64,000 bases of DNA, taken from contig FLMG01004277.1 of NCBI GenBank assembly GCA_900088475.1, positions 49,141 to 113,140 on the forward strand, written 5' to 3'. Position numbers and translations under genes: made by a program. Below are positions 37,901-50,491 of the stretch, one piece after another. Within the stretch, counting starts at the first letter, position 1, and every line of letters begins with the position of its first letter. This DNA comes from Hyphochytrium catenoides (lineage: Eukaryota; Protista; Hyphochytriomycota). The notes beneath the pieces are model-generated. The model made no database searches, was not told the DNA's origin, and saw only the letters and a program-made list of their open reading frames with translations.

Positions 37901-40276
37901 ATTCGCCTTGCCTAACAATCAGATTGCGTTCGCTTACCTTCGTGTCGTTTATCCTGCGACCACTCGCAGTTCGGCGTCATGCATGTCTGTCTCTTTGCTT
38001 AACGGTTAAAGCCCGGGGTCCATACCCTACCGCAGAATTTCTAGCTTGGCAGATGTAACTCCTCTTCTGACGTTTTGCTCTCTTATGCACTCTATCATGT
38101 CACTCGTAGACAAGAGTTTGCAGTGGCGCGATCGAAGTTTACGCTCGTTGATACTTTTTGGACTGCTATTAAGGGAACCTGTCGTGCTCTACTACCTCGC
38201 GTACATCTGTCTATCTATCTTAGGACAGAGGATCAGCCCAGTCTTCTTCGCCTATCACTTACTGGACATTGTCTTCCAGTTTCCTGTAAGGGCGTGGGCT
38301 AGCTATCCTTTTCCTGTTGTCTTCCCTTCTTTCTCTCCTTCTCTGCAAATGGCTCTTCTATCGTCTCTTCCTCAGTGCTTTCCTGAACGGCAATCAGTTC
38401 TTATTGGAAACATTGGTCAGCAGCTGTCCACCCCGGATAGAGCCATCGATAGCTCATTCACCTATAAAGTGTGCTCGCGCCCACCTGTTGCTTAACTGGC
38501 TTGCCCTTATCGCTCAAACTAATCACTCTTCTCAATTTTCCTCAGATCCTACGCAACGTCATCCGAGCATTCACCACTCCATGGAAGACCCTTGCGGTCA
38601 CGGGCATTCTCTATCTCATCATCTCCTACATCTTCACTCTCTTCGGCTTTCTATTTTTCCGCGCCGACTACACGCGCGACCAAGATAGGGCAAACGACCC
38701 AAGCTTCTGGCGCTGTCAGACGCTCTCGGAATGTTTCTTTATTACCATCGATCAGGGACTCAAGAATGACGGTGAGAGGCAATAATTTGACTCGGGAAAA
38801 TAGAGATATCAACCGTCGAGAGAGTGAGGATGAAGGCATTGCTACAGGCTCTCTCAAAGATTGCTCTGTCTATCCTTTGCCGTCCTACGTTGATTGTGCG
38901 CAGCTCTTTCTGCTGTCTGGCTTTGAGTGGCAATGACTCTCATCGTAGCCTTAATAATCGTCCTCTCCTCTTACCCCAGGTGGTATCGGCTCATTTCTGG
39001 AGTCCCATGAGCCTACGTCCCTCTACTACTATTATCGCGTCTTTTTTGATAATGCGTACAACTTAGTCCTGATAGTTATCCTGTTGAACATTGTGCTGGG
39101 TATCATCATCGACACATTTGCAGGTAAGCAGTAAGCCCGAGACACAAAAAAGATTGAATCGTTAGAGCGGGAGCGGGAAGAGAAAGAGAGATGGAAGAGG
39201 AATGAAAAGAACCTGAGCTTCAGCTAAAGAGTGAGATAAGAGAAAGAGAGAATAGGAGGAGCCAGGACAGGAGACGGCGGTTGGAAACGTTGACCTCAGC
39301 ATTGCTTTTCCATGCCAGAGCTGCGACAAGAACATAAAGAGAAAGAGGATGACATCCAGAATTCCTGCTTCATCTGCTCGATTGGTCGCTATCAGTTCGA
39401 ACGGATGAGCCCCGGAGGTACATAGAGACAAAGAGATATATATTGTCTACTCCTCTTATCTCTCTCCCTCTATCTTCCCTGTCCCTTTCAGTTCAAAATT
39501 CTCAGCTTCGTTGTCTCTAAAAAGCTATTCCGTTCACATATTTCTCTAACCTTCTCTGCCCGCACTTAAACATGTCACAGCCTTCCGCACACACCGCCTG
39601 AAGGAGCACCACGTCTTCTCCTATGTATGCCTGTTTGCACACATTGTGTTTAAGGACCTGGTTGACTACTCGGGGCTCGAAAAGTTCCTTGCCATCAAGA
39701 TGGCGCTGGGCGATGTATCTTTTTTCCCTGTGAGGAGAGCGGCAGTGCTGGAAAACTTTGACTCTTCGGTGAGCGGAAGGATACGCCTTTCCCTCTCTTC
39801 TTGGACCTGAAGTGTGGCCCTAACTGATTGCGCGTTCTTCTATAGACCGGGAAGTCGTCCCTCCATACTTCAGACTACGAAGCTACTGCGCCGGCAACAG
39901 GAGATAAGGAGGGGAAAAAGACCGCCGATGAATTTCAAGACATTCGAGCGTCGCTAGCCAGCATCACTACGGCTATAGAAGGATTGAACAAGTGCGATAT
40001 GCCCCTTCCTCTTTCATGCTTGATGTGGTCTCTCTGTCATCACTCTTTCTGCTTGCCCCTTTCATGAAGCTTGGTTTGGCATCTAGGCTCCACAGAAACA
40101 ACCCTCTCTGCCACCGTGGCCATTTCTTGAGCATCAGTTCATCCGAATATCTTCGTTCGCTTGCTCAGCACTTCTAACCAGTCTCTTCTAGAACTAAGGC
40201 CACACTCTTGAGAGAGCAAGCTCTTCTGGCACGCCACCAGCACCAGATATTGGAACTGCTGAGCAAAAAGAAGTGA
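22987..40276 (+). CDS. ITPR: Inositol 1,4,5-trisphosphate receptor (IP3R/RyR superfamily) Ca2+ release channel, multi-exon
   Basis: Suppressor domain FLKYGMVICLF..GGFLSSEGF..RDCLFEV and VKYGAYIQLRHVKTNRYI. MIR repeats LKAGDCIRLLHVESD and SNSLWEIE..GGPVDWSSLCRLRHLCTGKYL. RIH segments RQRQRLFR, KNQ, FLKTLCSAGGRGV and LCLDRNY. RIH-associated region RFLQLLTENH..Q and TITEFCQGPCYEAQ. TM region FFAYHLLDI. Pore DQGLKNDGGIGS, then S6 LLNIVLGIIIDTFAELR and the zinc finger CFIC..HRLKEH. Stop TGA at 40274-40276. Confidence 0.93.
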
Positions 40277-40646
40277 AGACCAAGTAAAATATGGCTTTTA
40301 CTCCCGACAAAGCTTGCATTAAACGGGCGGGCTATATGATTGATCCCATGATCCCATTAGCTGACTGCCAATCGTGAGCCCACAGTAACTCAATCATGAA
40401 CTGATTTACTATCATCAGCAATGTAAAAGGTAACGCAATGACCTCTAGAGCAGCAGATGTTGCCCTTCCTAGCACATGAACTCTCAAAGGAGGGCAAACC
40501 AAAAAGAAAGCAGCACTATAACTTAGAGGAGTAGGCATTTTTGAATGGTGATAGCTCAGGCCAAACGCAGCAGCAGGGACAAAGGAGGGAGAGAGGCCTG
40601 TTTACCTAGGAGGTGTAAAGAGACCTCAATACTATTGCTAGTGAGG

Positions 40647-43600
40647 TTAAAGCTGCACAAAGTTGTCACCATAGTCCTCAAGGTATAACCCACACAGCAT
40701 CTCATCCCAAAAGGTAGGCAGAGCTTTCACTGCAAGGTCACAATCAGGGGCCCACTGAACTTCTAGGACAGTAGGAGAATATCTCTCTCTCCCACTACCT
40801 TTCCGTAAGAGGATGTCAACCCCAAACATTCCCCTTGCTGGACAAATATTCGGTTCTTGGAGAGACCAGCCTACCATTGAAGCTCTTTAGAACACATTCT
40901 AACGTGAGATGAAGGAAAGCAGGAAAGAGAGATGAAGAGTGTAAGGGCAAGACTTTCCGGGCCTCTTACCACCATTGAGATGTAGCTTCTTTCCTGAAGG
41001 ATGTGGAGGTTGAAGTTCTATCGTTAGAGGGACAGCTAAGAAGACGCTCTTTATCACTTTATCAATCAAAGGCTGCACATCGCTTTCCCTGTGGACACGG
41101 CAGAACGTGTAAGAGGGGTTTAGGCATCAGGGAGCAGAGAGAGAGCGACAGCAACGGGAGCCTAGCTAACGATAAGAGCACATGAAACGCGTAGGAAAAT
41201 TTCGGCAAGAGGTCATAGACGTCTCTCGCAACCTCGTTACGCGATTTAGAGTCAGAAGGAAGGGAGAGCATCACACGTTTCTCATTGAGCGCAAAAAGAT
41301 GGAATCGGAGCCTGAGAAAGAGGAGACAATCGGAGCCTGAGAAAGAGGAGACAATCAGGGGGTCGAAGTCCTCAGAATAATAGGGCCTCGCACCAGGATG
41401 TCCCTGGATTATCTCCTTCAAAGACTCGGATAAACTCATCCATCAACGGATCTTCCCTTGTCCCTTCTCCCCGAATCTCCTTTAGCCCTTGCTCGTCCAG
41501 ATAATTCATCACGGTAAAGTGAGTCTGATAACACTCCAGGTCACTGCGAATGAGCAAAGCGAACGCTTAAGCATAAGGAAAGAATAGCTCTTGGGCCCGC
41601 ATCTATGTGTGTGTCTCCGCCTCCTAATTCTGAGGTTTATCCGCATCAATCTACCTGGTAGTGTAAGCTTGGTTGGCGGCCCTGATGTTAAACAATCGAT
41701 GGCGATAAACTTTTACTGGCTGAAGGGAGTGCACCTGTCCAAAGGAGTGAGTGAGGTTTAGCCGGGGGTACAAGGAACTTCACCTCATAATCGGGTTAGA
41801 CAAAGGAGATAGAAGTTCCTCTGTTAACCGAGATAAAGACGGAAACCCTCTACTCCTCCTTCTTTCTCTTTTTCCCGAGCTTACCGCTATGTAATAACGT
41901 AAGTCAAACTTTCTCCCTTCGTAAAGTGCAGGCTGGGTGATATACCGACAAGCTAGGCGGGGACACGTTTCCAAGTGACGAAGGATGCAGGAGAGCGATG
42001 ACGTAACTGGGTAATCTATTGACTGCTGCCCTCTAAAGCGCTTGAGAATCCAGATATTTTCCTCGCCGGGTTTAGTCTCTGACCTCCGACCTTCGCTCTC
42101 TCCCTCGGAAGGGAAACCGAAGTAATCTATGAGGAATGCAACCAGCTGGGAGTGTTGGCTAAGGTTATAAGAAGGTGGAAGCCAGTCGCCTAAGTGTAGG
42201 AACATCTGAGCGATCTCCCTCTGCTCCTCCTCTGACAGGCCGAGTTGAGGAGGGAAGAGCGACGACGACAAAGGTCCCTGCCTTTGGACTTCTCTCTTTG
42301 CCGTCTGTAAGGTCGCGGCAAGATGCTCCTTAGATACAAGCATCCCATCCCAAGAGAACTGGTTCAAAATTTTGCCATTCTTATCTTCTTCCTGATCCTG
42401 GCCAAACGTGTGATTGATGAGAAAGAGGATGTCAGCCTCCGCTGCGCTCTCTACCCAGTGGAAGCGGGGCGACGAGAGAACTAAGCTATTAATATGCCGA
42501 TGATCATCGCAATACAGCTTGAGTGTAATACTGCCTGCATTAGAGAATATGGGAAATACGGCGTGGAAGGGCGTCAACGAAACGAAGTGGGTATATATAT
42601 ATGTATATATATACACTGATGCGTAGAAGCGCATGAGGAAGTAAAGGATGACAGAGAGAAAGACGACCGTACGGTAGCGTGGAGAAGGACCATTCGTCTG
42701 GATATCATGGAGGCAGGAAGATTGTTGAGAAGACGAGGCTGAAACTATAGGAAAGTGCATGAAGACTGATCCCAATGCACGGCCCGAGGGCTCAACCTTG
42801 CTTAGCCGATTCCAGGCGCCGGAGAGCTTCGGACCATCCCTCTAAAGTGTCCGCATTCCCCGAAGGATGTCCTGTCAGAGGCTGTCCTACATAGTCATCC
42901 GCGTGCTGAGGCAGAGGATGTGATCAGGCTTAACAGATAACCGAAGTGCACGCTACGAAGTGAGAGGCCGAGAAAGGAGATGAAATGCTTGCGTGGCTCC
43001 TACTTGCGAGCGCTTCTCGGTTTACCTGGATTCTAAGGGATATTTCTTGAAGGTGGTGATACGCATGCGTCCTGTTGACATCATCTTTGGACATGAAGCC
43101 TAACATTCTCAGCTCTCTCCTTGGGCCAACCTCCACCGAAGGAAGATAGTCTCGTGTCACCTCTTCTCCCTCAGCAATGTCCTTCACCGGCCAGAGGAGA
43201 GAAAGAGTGAAGGGACGGACATTCTCGCCCTCTTCCGGGAAGATGAGAAGAGGATAGCAGACGCAGTTTGGCTCCCAGGAATGTGACACAGCTGTGCCTA
43301 CTTCGTCCATGAGGTACCACTTAGGATAGTCCTCTCCGGGCACTAGATAGCAGTTAAGATGCGGCCACATTCTTTCCCACACCCTGTCCACCAAAGTCTG
43401 AGGATCTTCTTCTCCTTCGCTCTCCTTTCCTTCCTTTCTAGCCTCAGATCCTAGCATGCAGTCTTTGCCATACCACGATAGGAGGCCGAGAAAAAGTTAG
43501 AGCCGTGGTTGATTAGCGAACAGGTCAAGAGAACAAGAAGAAGAGAGAGAGAGAGAGAGAGCTGGTTGTCAGAGATAGAGTCAGGAAGAGAGTGGGAACC

Positions 43601-44830
43601 AGGCCATAACTCGCCGATGTAAGAACCAATAAGGAGAAGCTGCCTCCGGTAGAGGCGCAGCAGATCCTTTCAAAGAAAGAGAGAGGAGCAAGCGCTGCCA
43701 TCAGGCATAACCACCAAGAGCTGCGAGAAGTTCAAAGGCAGCTGAAGGACATGCTGCAGCAACGTGAGAGCAGGTAGAAGCAATGGAAACGCGCTCCATC
43801 GCCCTTCATAGAGAGGAGAGAGAGAGGGAGGAAGAAAGAGAGAGAAGTGAAGAGAGAGAGGACACAAAGGAAGCTTTCGTGGAGTGAGGATCTACCTATT
43901 CGCTCTGCTAATCCTTCGATCTCTCTCAGATGACGCCGGGATTGGGGAAAGGTGGTTGTCCTGGTCAGAAAACAAGTGAGACGACAATTGACTAATATAT
44001 GGAGACATTAGACCCAGAAAAGAGAAAGAGCTGGAAGAAGGGAGAGAAAGAAAGAAAAGCTGGCAGGCGAGGAGACAGAGAAGGGCGGGCGGGTAGGTGG
44101 AGAGAGAGAGGGAAAGAGAGAGAGATTGAGAGTGTTCGAGGGAGGAGATAGGTGTGCAGCGAGAGAATGCAACGATATAGTTATAGAAAGGTGTAATAGC
44201 AGAAGTTATGAGGAAACAAGCTAAGAAGGATAGCAAAGGAAAGAGAAGAGAGAGTGCAAAAGAAGAAAGAGAGAGACAGAGAGAGACAGCAGCGGGGGTG
44301 TTATAGCAGGAGAGAGAGAGTAGTATGACTGACCACATGTGATCAATGAGGAAGGCGTCACCGTGTGCCTTTATGTCTTCTTTGGCGAGGAGAGAGTACT
44401 TTCGAGAGGGAGGGACGAATCTTTCTTCGTCAGACAACTCTACTTCCTGCTCCTCCTGCTTTTCCTCTTCCTTCTCGTCACTCTCCATGTCTTTCTCGTC
44501 CTTGTCACTCTCTTCCTCCTCTTCCTCGTCGCTCTCTAGCTCCTTAAAGACAAAGGAAGCCCCTGCGTCAAAGATTTGGCTCAAGATCTTCATACAGACC
44601 AGTCCATGCAGAGCCTGAGGCAGTCCGATGGCTTGGAACTGAGCAAAATGACGGGCATAGAAGGCATTAAGGCGCTCTTGTTGCTGTCTTCTCCTTCTCT
44701 CTCTCTCTTCCTCCTCTTGCTGTGCTGAGGGAGGAGGAGGTGGAGGAGGAGGAAGGGGAGGTTCTGTGCTCTCTGCTTCGCCTCTTAACGAGCCTGCTGA
44801 GGGAGGATGGTACTTGTCATCCGGCGGCAT
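40647..44830 (-). CDS. TTLL12: Tubulin-tyrosine ligase-like protein 12 (SET-like + TTL domain), multi-exon
   Basis: Motifs KILSQIFDAG.SF, FLIDHMW|TT, WYLMDEVGTAVSHSWEPN, SLLWPVKDIAEGEEVTRDY, LVSKEHLA, WLPPSYNL, WILK, YITQPALYEGRKFDLRY, HFTVMNY, MFGVDIL and LEVQWAPDC. First ATG at 44830; stop TAA at 40647. Confidence 0.9.
41303..41356. repeat. Perfect 25-bp tandem duplication in a TTLL12 intron
   Basis: aatcggagcctgagaaagaggagac occurs twice (41303-41327, 41328-41352), followed by aatc. Confidence 0.9.
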
Positions 44831-44879
44831 TTTCTGAGAGGAAGACGCGCACCAGGAAAGTCCCTGCAATGCAGCTGTG

Positions 44880-45194
44880 AACCAAGAGAGAGCGAAGTGA
44901 GAGTGAGCGAGAGCGAGAGAGAGAGTTCGAAGCTCAATCTCGGGAGAGAGCTAACTCTGGAAGGGGAAGAAGTGCTGCCGTCACACGCCGGCAGCTATGG
45001 CCTACGGGGGTTACGAGGGATAGAGAGAGAGAAAGAGAAGAAAGGAAAGACAGAACAGACGACTTGTTGCAGAGATGAGAGAGACAAAGATTTGCTGAAG
45101 GCTTTCGCTGCGGAATGAGGAGCAGAGAGACCTCAGGCAGAAAGAGAGAGGGTGGCAAACAGGAAAACGAGAGAGAGAGAGAAAAGGAGTGAGA

Positions 45195-45248
<54 letters not shown>

Positions 45249-45526
45249 CCAAGTAGTATGCCTCTTCCCCAAGCCCTCTCTTCTAAAGGATGTGGGGCAG
45301 CAATCAGAATCGGTTCCTAAAGGAGTGGTGGCGTGATGAGGAAGGCGGAATATGTTGAGGTCTTGCTTGCAAAATAGGCGCTATTAGAGTCCATAAGGGA
45401 GCTTCTGAGGCGGAGTAATATCAGGAACACAGGATATGGTTGAGAGGACAAGGGAAACGAGTAATGCGCAGAGGAGAGACAGAGAGAGAGGGATGAGAAT
45501 GCGAGAGAAAGAGAGGAAGAAGAGAA

Positions 45527-45567
<41 letters not shown>

Positions 45568-45610
45568 AAGAGGGCGAGAGAGACATTCCAAGAGTGAAGA
45601 GACAGCAGAA
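44880..45610. repeat. (GA)n microsatellite-rich divergent intergenic region between TTLL12 and the methyltransferase
   Basis: Long (GA)n run at ~45170-45242 and GA-rich sequence at 45475-45600. Confidence 0.85.
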
Positions 45611-45747
45611 AGCTAAACTGCTTCCTGACAGATGCGTGGAAGCTGAGAAAGCAACCAAGGAGAAGAGGGAAACAGAAACGAAGAGAGAGTGATCACTGGT
45701 CCATCGCTTCTCAAAGCACATTCCCCTTTATTCACTGAGATAACACG

Positions 45748-47554
45748 ATGAGCCTTCCTGCCGCTCTCAGCACACGAGGCGGCCTTCTCTCTCTCTCTGC
45801 AGCTACAGCCGTCGTCGGCGCTGCGGCGGGCTATCTGGCCCGAGGGAGAAGATGGAGCAGCTCCAAGAGCAGCGCTGAGAATGTCCGCAGTACGACGGCC
45901 TCTGGGTCCGTTGTCTATGAGTCAGGGAGAGCGGTTGAAGAATATCTTCAGTTCCACTTTGGTGAGGAGAAGTGGCGTGGCAGGCAGAGAAAGCAAGTAA
46001 ACGTGACTCTTCATCCACTATAAAGAGAGACAGAAGGGGAGCGAGGATGGGAAGAGACAAAGAGTGAGCTCGATCATCCTTCTCCCTTGCGCCAGAGAGT
46101 GAGAGAGACAGACAGAGAAAAAGAGGCAGAAAGGAGAGCGAGAGAGAGAGAGAGAACGAGGGAGAAATAGAGACAGAGAAAGGGAGAGCGGCTAGAGAGA
46201 GAAAGCGAGCAGTGAGCCATGTTGAAGGTTTTCGGAAGACAGTCCCATGCCCTGACAGTACAAGTGTCGTGAAGGCCAGGAGAGAGCTTCCTAACGTTCT
46301 AGTCCCTAGGCACTCCCCAAGAGATCTTTCCCTTCGGAGCTGCGCCACAAGAAGCGTTGCACTTTCTAGATCGCTGCGTGGCGGAGTGTGAGGCGGGCCT
46401 GAGCTCTGAGAGGCGGCGGAGAGCACTGGATGTTGGATGTGCAGTTGGAGGAGCAACTTTCCGCCTTACCAGAAGCTTCGAAGAGGTTGGACGTGCCCCT
46501 ATGTTCACCCAAACGCCCTCTCATTTCTCTCTCTCTCTCTTTTCTCTCGTCTCACTATCTCTCTGTCTCTGTCTCCCACCCTCTCTCTCTCTCTCTCCTT
46601 CCCTCTCCACCTTCTTTCTCCCTCTTTCTCTCTTCCATTAGTCTCCTCGTCCCCCTAGTTTCGCTTTCCTCTGTGTCTCTCTCTGATTCTTCACTTCGGT
46701 TCTCTCTCTCTCTCTCTCCCGTGGGCAGTATCTCTGCCCATCAGCATCCCATCTCACACAGACATCCTGACTCTCCCTCTCTTTCATTTGCCTGGTCTAA
46801 CCTCTACCATGACAGGTGGTAGGGCTAGATTTCTCTCAGGCCTTCGTTGATGCTGCTGACTCAATGAGGCGGGAAGGCGCTCTCCCGTACCGCTCCACCA
46901 TCATAGGAGACGTTCGACAGCCGCGAACGGCAAAGCTGCCATCTGGAGCGAACCCTGACCGCGCTCATTTTGAACAAGGAGACGCGTGCAACATTAGAGA
47001 AGACATAGGTGGGAAGATCGAGACAGCTGAGCTCTTCCTTGTTCCTTTGATTTTATCATCTGCTTTCTCTATGAGATACCGTCAATGGTAAGGCAGAGTG
47101 CGAAGCAAAGATGCTGAGACATCCTTCGTTCGCTATTGCCATATTCTGACTCTGCTCCGGAGAGACCCGACGGCCTGCTGTTTGCACTGAAGGTTGTGCC
47201 TTCTCTCTTTGTCCAGGGACTTTTGATGCGGTGCTGGCGTCCAACCTTCTCTGCCGTTTGCCGAAGCCTAAGAGCTTCTTGCGGCGATTACCCTCACTGG
47301 TACGCCCAGGCGGCGTCCTCGTGCTAGTTAGCCCCTATTCCTGGCTGGAAGAGTACACGCCAAAGCAAGAATGGCTGGGTGGATATGAAGAAGAAGGGGA
47401 AGTGAAAGAGAGCTTTGCGAACGTGAGCTCTCTCCTGGCGGAGGCCTTCGTGCTTGAAAAGAGAGAGGATCTTCCCTTTCTGATACGAGAGCACGAGAGA
47501 AAGTATCAATATGGGGTTTCGGACTGCAGTGTATGGCGGAGGAATGAAGAGTAA
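45748..47554 (+). CDS. Stand-alone SAM-dependent methyltransferase of the OvoA C-terminal (mercaptohistidine N-methyltransferase-like) type, 4 exons
   Basis: Motifs YESGRAVEEYLQFHFG, RALDVGCAVGGATF.L...FEEVVGLDFSQAFVDAA, FEQGDACN, FDAVLASNLLCRLP.P..FL, GGVLVLVSPYSWLEEYTPK.EWLGG and PFLIREHERKYQ..VS..SVWRR. The N-terminus has a hydrophobic segment followed by RGRR. Confidence 0.82.
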
Positions 47555-47836
47555 TTTCCCAGCACGCCGGACCTCAAATCGGCCAATGTTTAGCACAAGC
47601 GGACCAATTGCTCGCCGTGACGGTCTCTCTTACGTTCGTTCTTCTCTAGGTGTTCTCAGAATGGTGAGCTACACCTCATCGGTCTAGAGCATCTCTCTAT
47701 AAGGACAACATGACGTGCTGAAAACATAAAGCGGACTAAAGTTCAAAGAGAGAGTTTAAGGGAACGAGAGAGGGTACTGCTAAGTAAAAAGGAAGAGTGA
47801 CGGCTGGATAATGCTGACAACCCTATTTTATCTCCT

Positions 47837-49656
47837 TCACTGAAATAGCCGAAGATCATTCGCCGCCTGCATTGCCCCTTTTCTATAGTCGCGAAACAGA
47901 GCCTTGAGCTCCTCACTATAGTCCTTGCGGCTCCTGGCCGCCTCAACAAGACGTAGCCAAGAGCGGCCTTCTTCCAAAAGGGGTTCAGAGACATCTACCT
48001 CGCCTCCCCTGTCTCTTCGTAGTTCCAAGTCCTCTACGCTTTTCTGCAGATCGGCGTACTGCAAATTGAGATAGAGCTCGAACCACGTAAGACGAAGCAA
48101 CTTCCCCGTGATGGTTGAACGAATGAGAGGAGATGAGGAGGAGGAAGCATCTAATGACGAAAGAGAGCGAGAATAGTCCTCTTTGGCGGCCTGCAAATCC
48201 TCCTGAAGCGCATAGTAGTCGCCTAATTGAACATTAATGGAAGTTACTTCATGGGAGCGTTGCTCGGTGTGGTTGGAGCTTTGGGATCGAATAGGAGACG
48301 GATATAAGGAAGGTACAAAGGAAGTCTTCGCATACCTCTCCGCGCCAGAGCAAAGGGCTCTGTGTCATTGGTAGCATACTGCACAGCAGCATTGCAAGCC
48401 TCCGTGGCTTGGGTGCGGAGCTCCTCCTCACCCCTTCTCAACACCATGACCTTAACGCGTTGATTGCAAAGGTCCAGTAAGGACTCCGCCTTGTCTACCT
48501 CAGGATGTAGCAACACCGAAGCCAGCTCATTATCGTGTCCGAAATCGCCTGAAGTTGGGAAGGTAGTGCGGCGAGCCCGAGTAAGGATCAATGTTACAGT
48601 CGTGCGAAAGAAGGAGAGGCCGCTGTTAAAAGGCCAACCACCACGGGTCGCTGAAAGCCGTTCTAGGACATTTGTTGCAAGTAGAAGTAGACTAACCGTT
48701 GAAGACGAGAAGACGAGACGTGGGAAACGATGGTCATTCTAGGAGACAGAGAATAATGGTCTCGCTCTACCAACGGCGCCAGGCCTTACCGTGGAAGATG
48801 CTCTTCACTCTATGAAAGCTCGGATAGTCCGCTGCCAGAAACACCGCCAAGAGTAGGACAGCAGCCCCCAAGATTGACTGTGGGGAAACAAGAGAAGATC
48901 GGCGACGAGGGATAACCTCATCATCGATAGGACGCTTATTCTGCTGTTGAAACTTCTTCTTTTGCTCTTCATAGGCTCGCTCCCAGGCCTTGCGCTCCCC
49001 ATCCGTCTCCCATAGACGTCGGGGCGGCAATCGCTGCCCAGATATTGGGCCCTCCTCAGCCTCGCTAAACGAAAAAGGAGTAAGAAGTGGCGCGTAGAAG
49101 AGAAGCAGAAAAAGAATGGCATCCCGAGAGTAATTCGGCAGCTCAAAGACAGATATAATCATCGCACTTGGAGAAGTTGGGGAGAGCTAAGAAGAAAGTA
49201 TTGACACCAAGAGACGAGTATCATGGTCGTTTACCTCTCCGCCTCGCTCTCTGCGGCCTGCTTGAGGTCTATATCACTGCTCGAATCCTCTTCTTCAAAA
49301 TCAGGAATCTCCTTCCACGTGAAACCTGTCTCTTCTTCCTCGCTGCTCTGCTCACTACTACTTTCCTCCTCACTCTCTTCGCTAGAGTCCTCCTCTTCTT
49401 CTTCCACTTTGTCCTGCCGTCTGTCACCAAATAAAGTCGGGCTGCGCACTGTCTGTGTGGTCCGTCTCTCAAGCGAAGCGGCGGGTGCTGGTGCTCCCAT
49501 TGGGAGATTTTGAGACTCAGAGCCAGGTTCAGGAGAGTTCTTAGAGTTCCCTCCCTTTCTGTCTTTGACCTTAGCGTCCTCTCTCCGTACGGTAGAGTGC
49601 TCCCGGCGCAGTAGTGAGCTCGACCTTGGTGGGACGTTACTCTGCGCTGCCGTCAT
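47837..49656 (-). CDS. Hypothetical single-pass membrane protein (acidic disordered N-terminus, one TM helix, helical C-terminal domain), at least 4 exons
   Basis: Three phase-consistent GT-AG introns (~49065-49234, ~48663-48789, ~48223-48335) join ORFs 49231-49671, 48767-49162, 48244-48591 and 47837-48196. TM segment is SILGAAVLLLAVFLAA. No recognisable family. Confidence 0.65.
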
Positions 49657-50491
49657 TTTGGGAGTCTGCAATGATGCTACTTATTCCGGACGCTAGATGA
49701 AGGCGATCTTTGGTGAGAGGATACCCTTCTTTCCCCTTGCTCAGTACTCTGTAGTGGGGCTGTTGTCTCAGCCAGAACCTGATACAGGGCTATGTAAATC
49801 TGAACGCTTTATCAGCCTGACCTAATAAAGGTTGCAGACAGAGTTTTCTTGAAGATTCTCTCTGCAATGAAGCTCGGCGGCGGCTGCTCTGAAGTGCGGA
49901 AAGCCGTTGACGAGATCTCTCAAACAACAAACTGGAGGGCGCGAAAGAGCAAGACAAAGGTCTTTCACCGCTCCTGGGGGACGACTAGGAAAACGTTTGA
50001 ATGGTCCTTGATTATCACTATAAGACAGACGTAGGTGATAAAGATCTAGTTATCAGAGAGCCAGCTGGTTTGATACCAAACAAATCAACTTGTTGACCCA
50101 TGGCATGTTATCCGAAATAGCAAGAGATAAGGTCTGGGATTTAATTCATGTTGAAGTGAGGGTCAGGAATGCAGCATATCTGGCGATCTGGCGTGTCCTA
50201 GAGGATACAAGGCTGTTTGTTACTGTGCCACAGGACTGAATCCAGCAAGTTCCAGCCTTTGGCAGAAAGAATCAAGGTCGCTGCCGATGACAGAGCCACC
50301 AGAGAGCAACAAGCGGCGCAGGCAGAGGAAGTGATGATGAGTGATGAGCGATGAGCGATGACGGTGTGCGGCGCGTAAGAATGCAGACATGGCGGCAGAT
50401 CAGAGGCAGCAAACGGCAGCGAGCAAGTAAACACACACTACCAGATAGCAGTCATCAGGTATAGAAAACACGTCTCTCTACGACTTTCAGC

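Noticed and set aside
22987-40276. Ryanodine receptor call, or several separate genes
   Set aside because: No SPRY or RyR repeats were seen; the N-terminus and domain order match a single IP3R-type gene.
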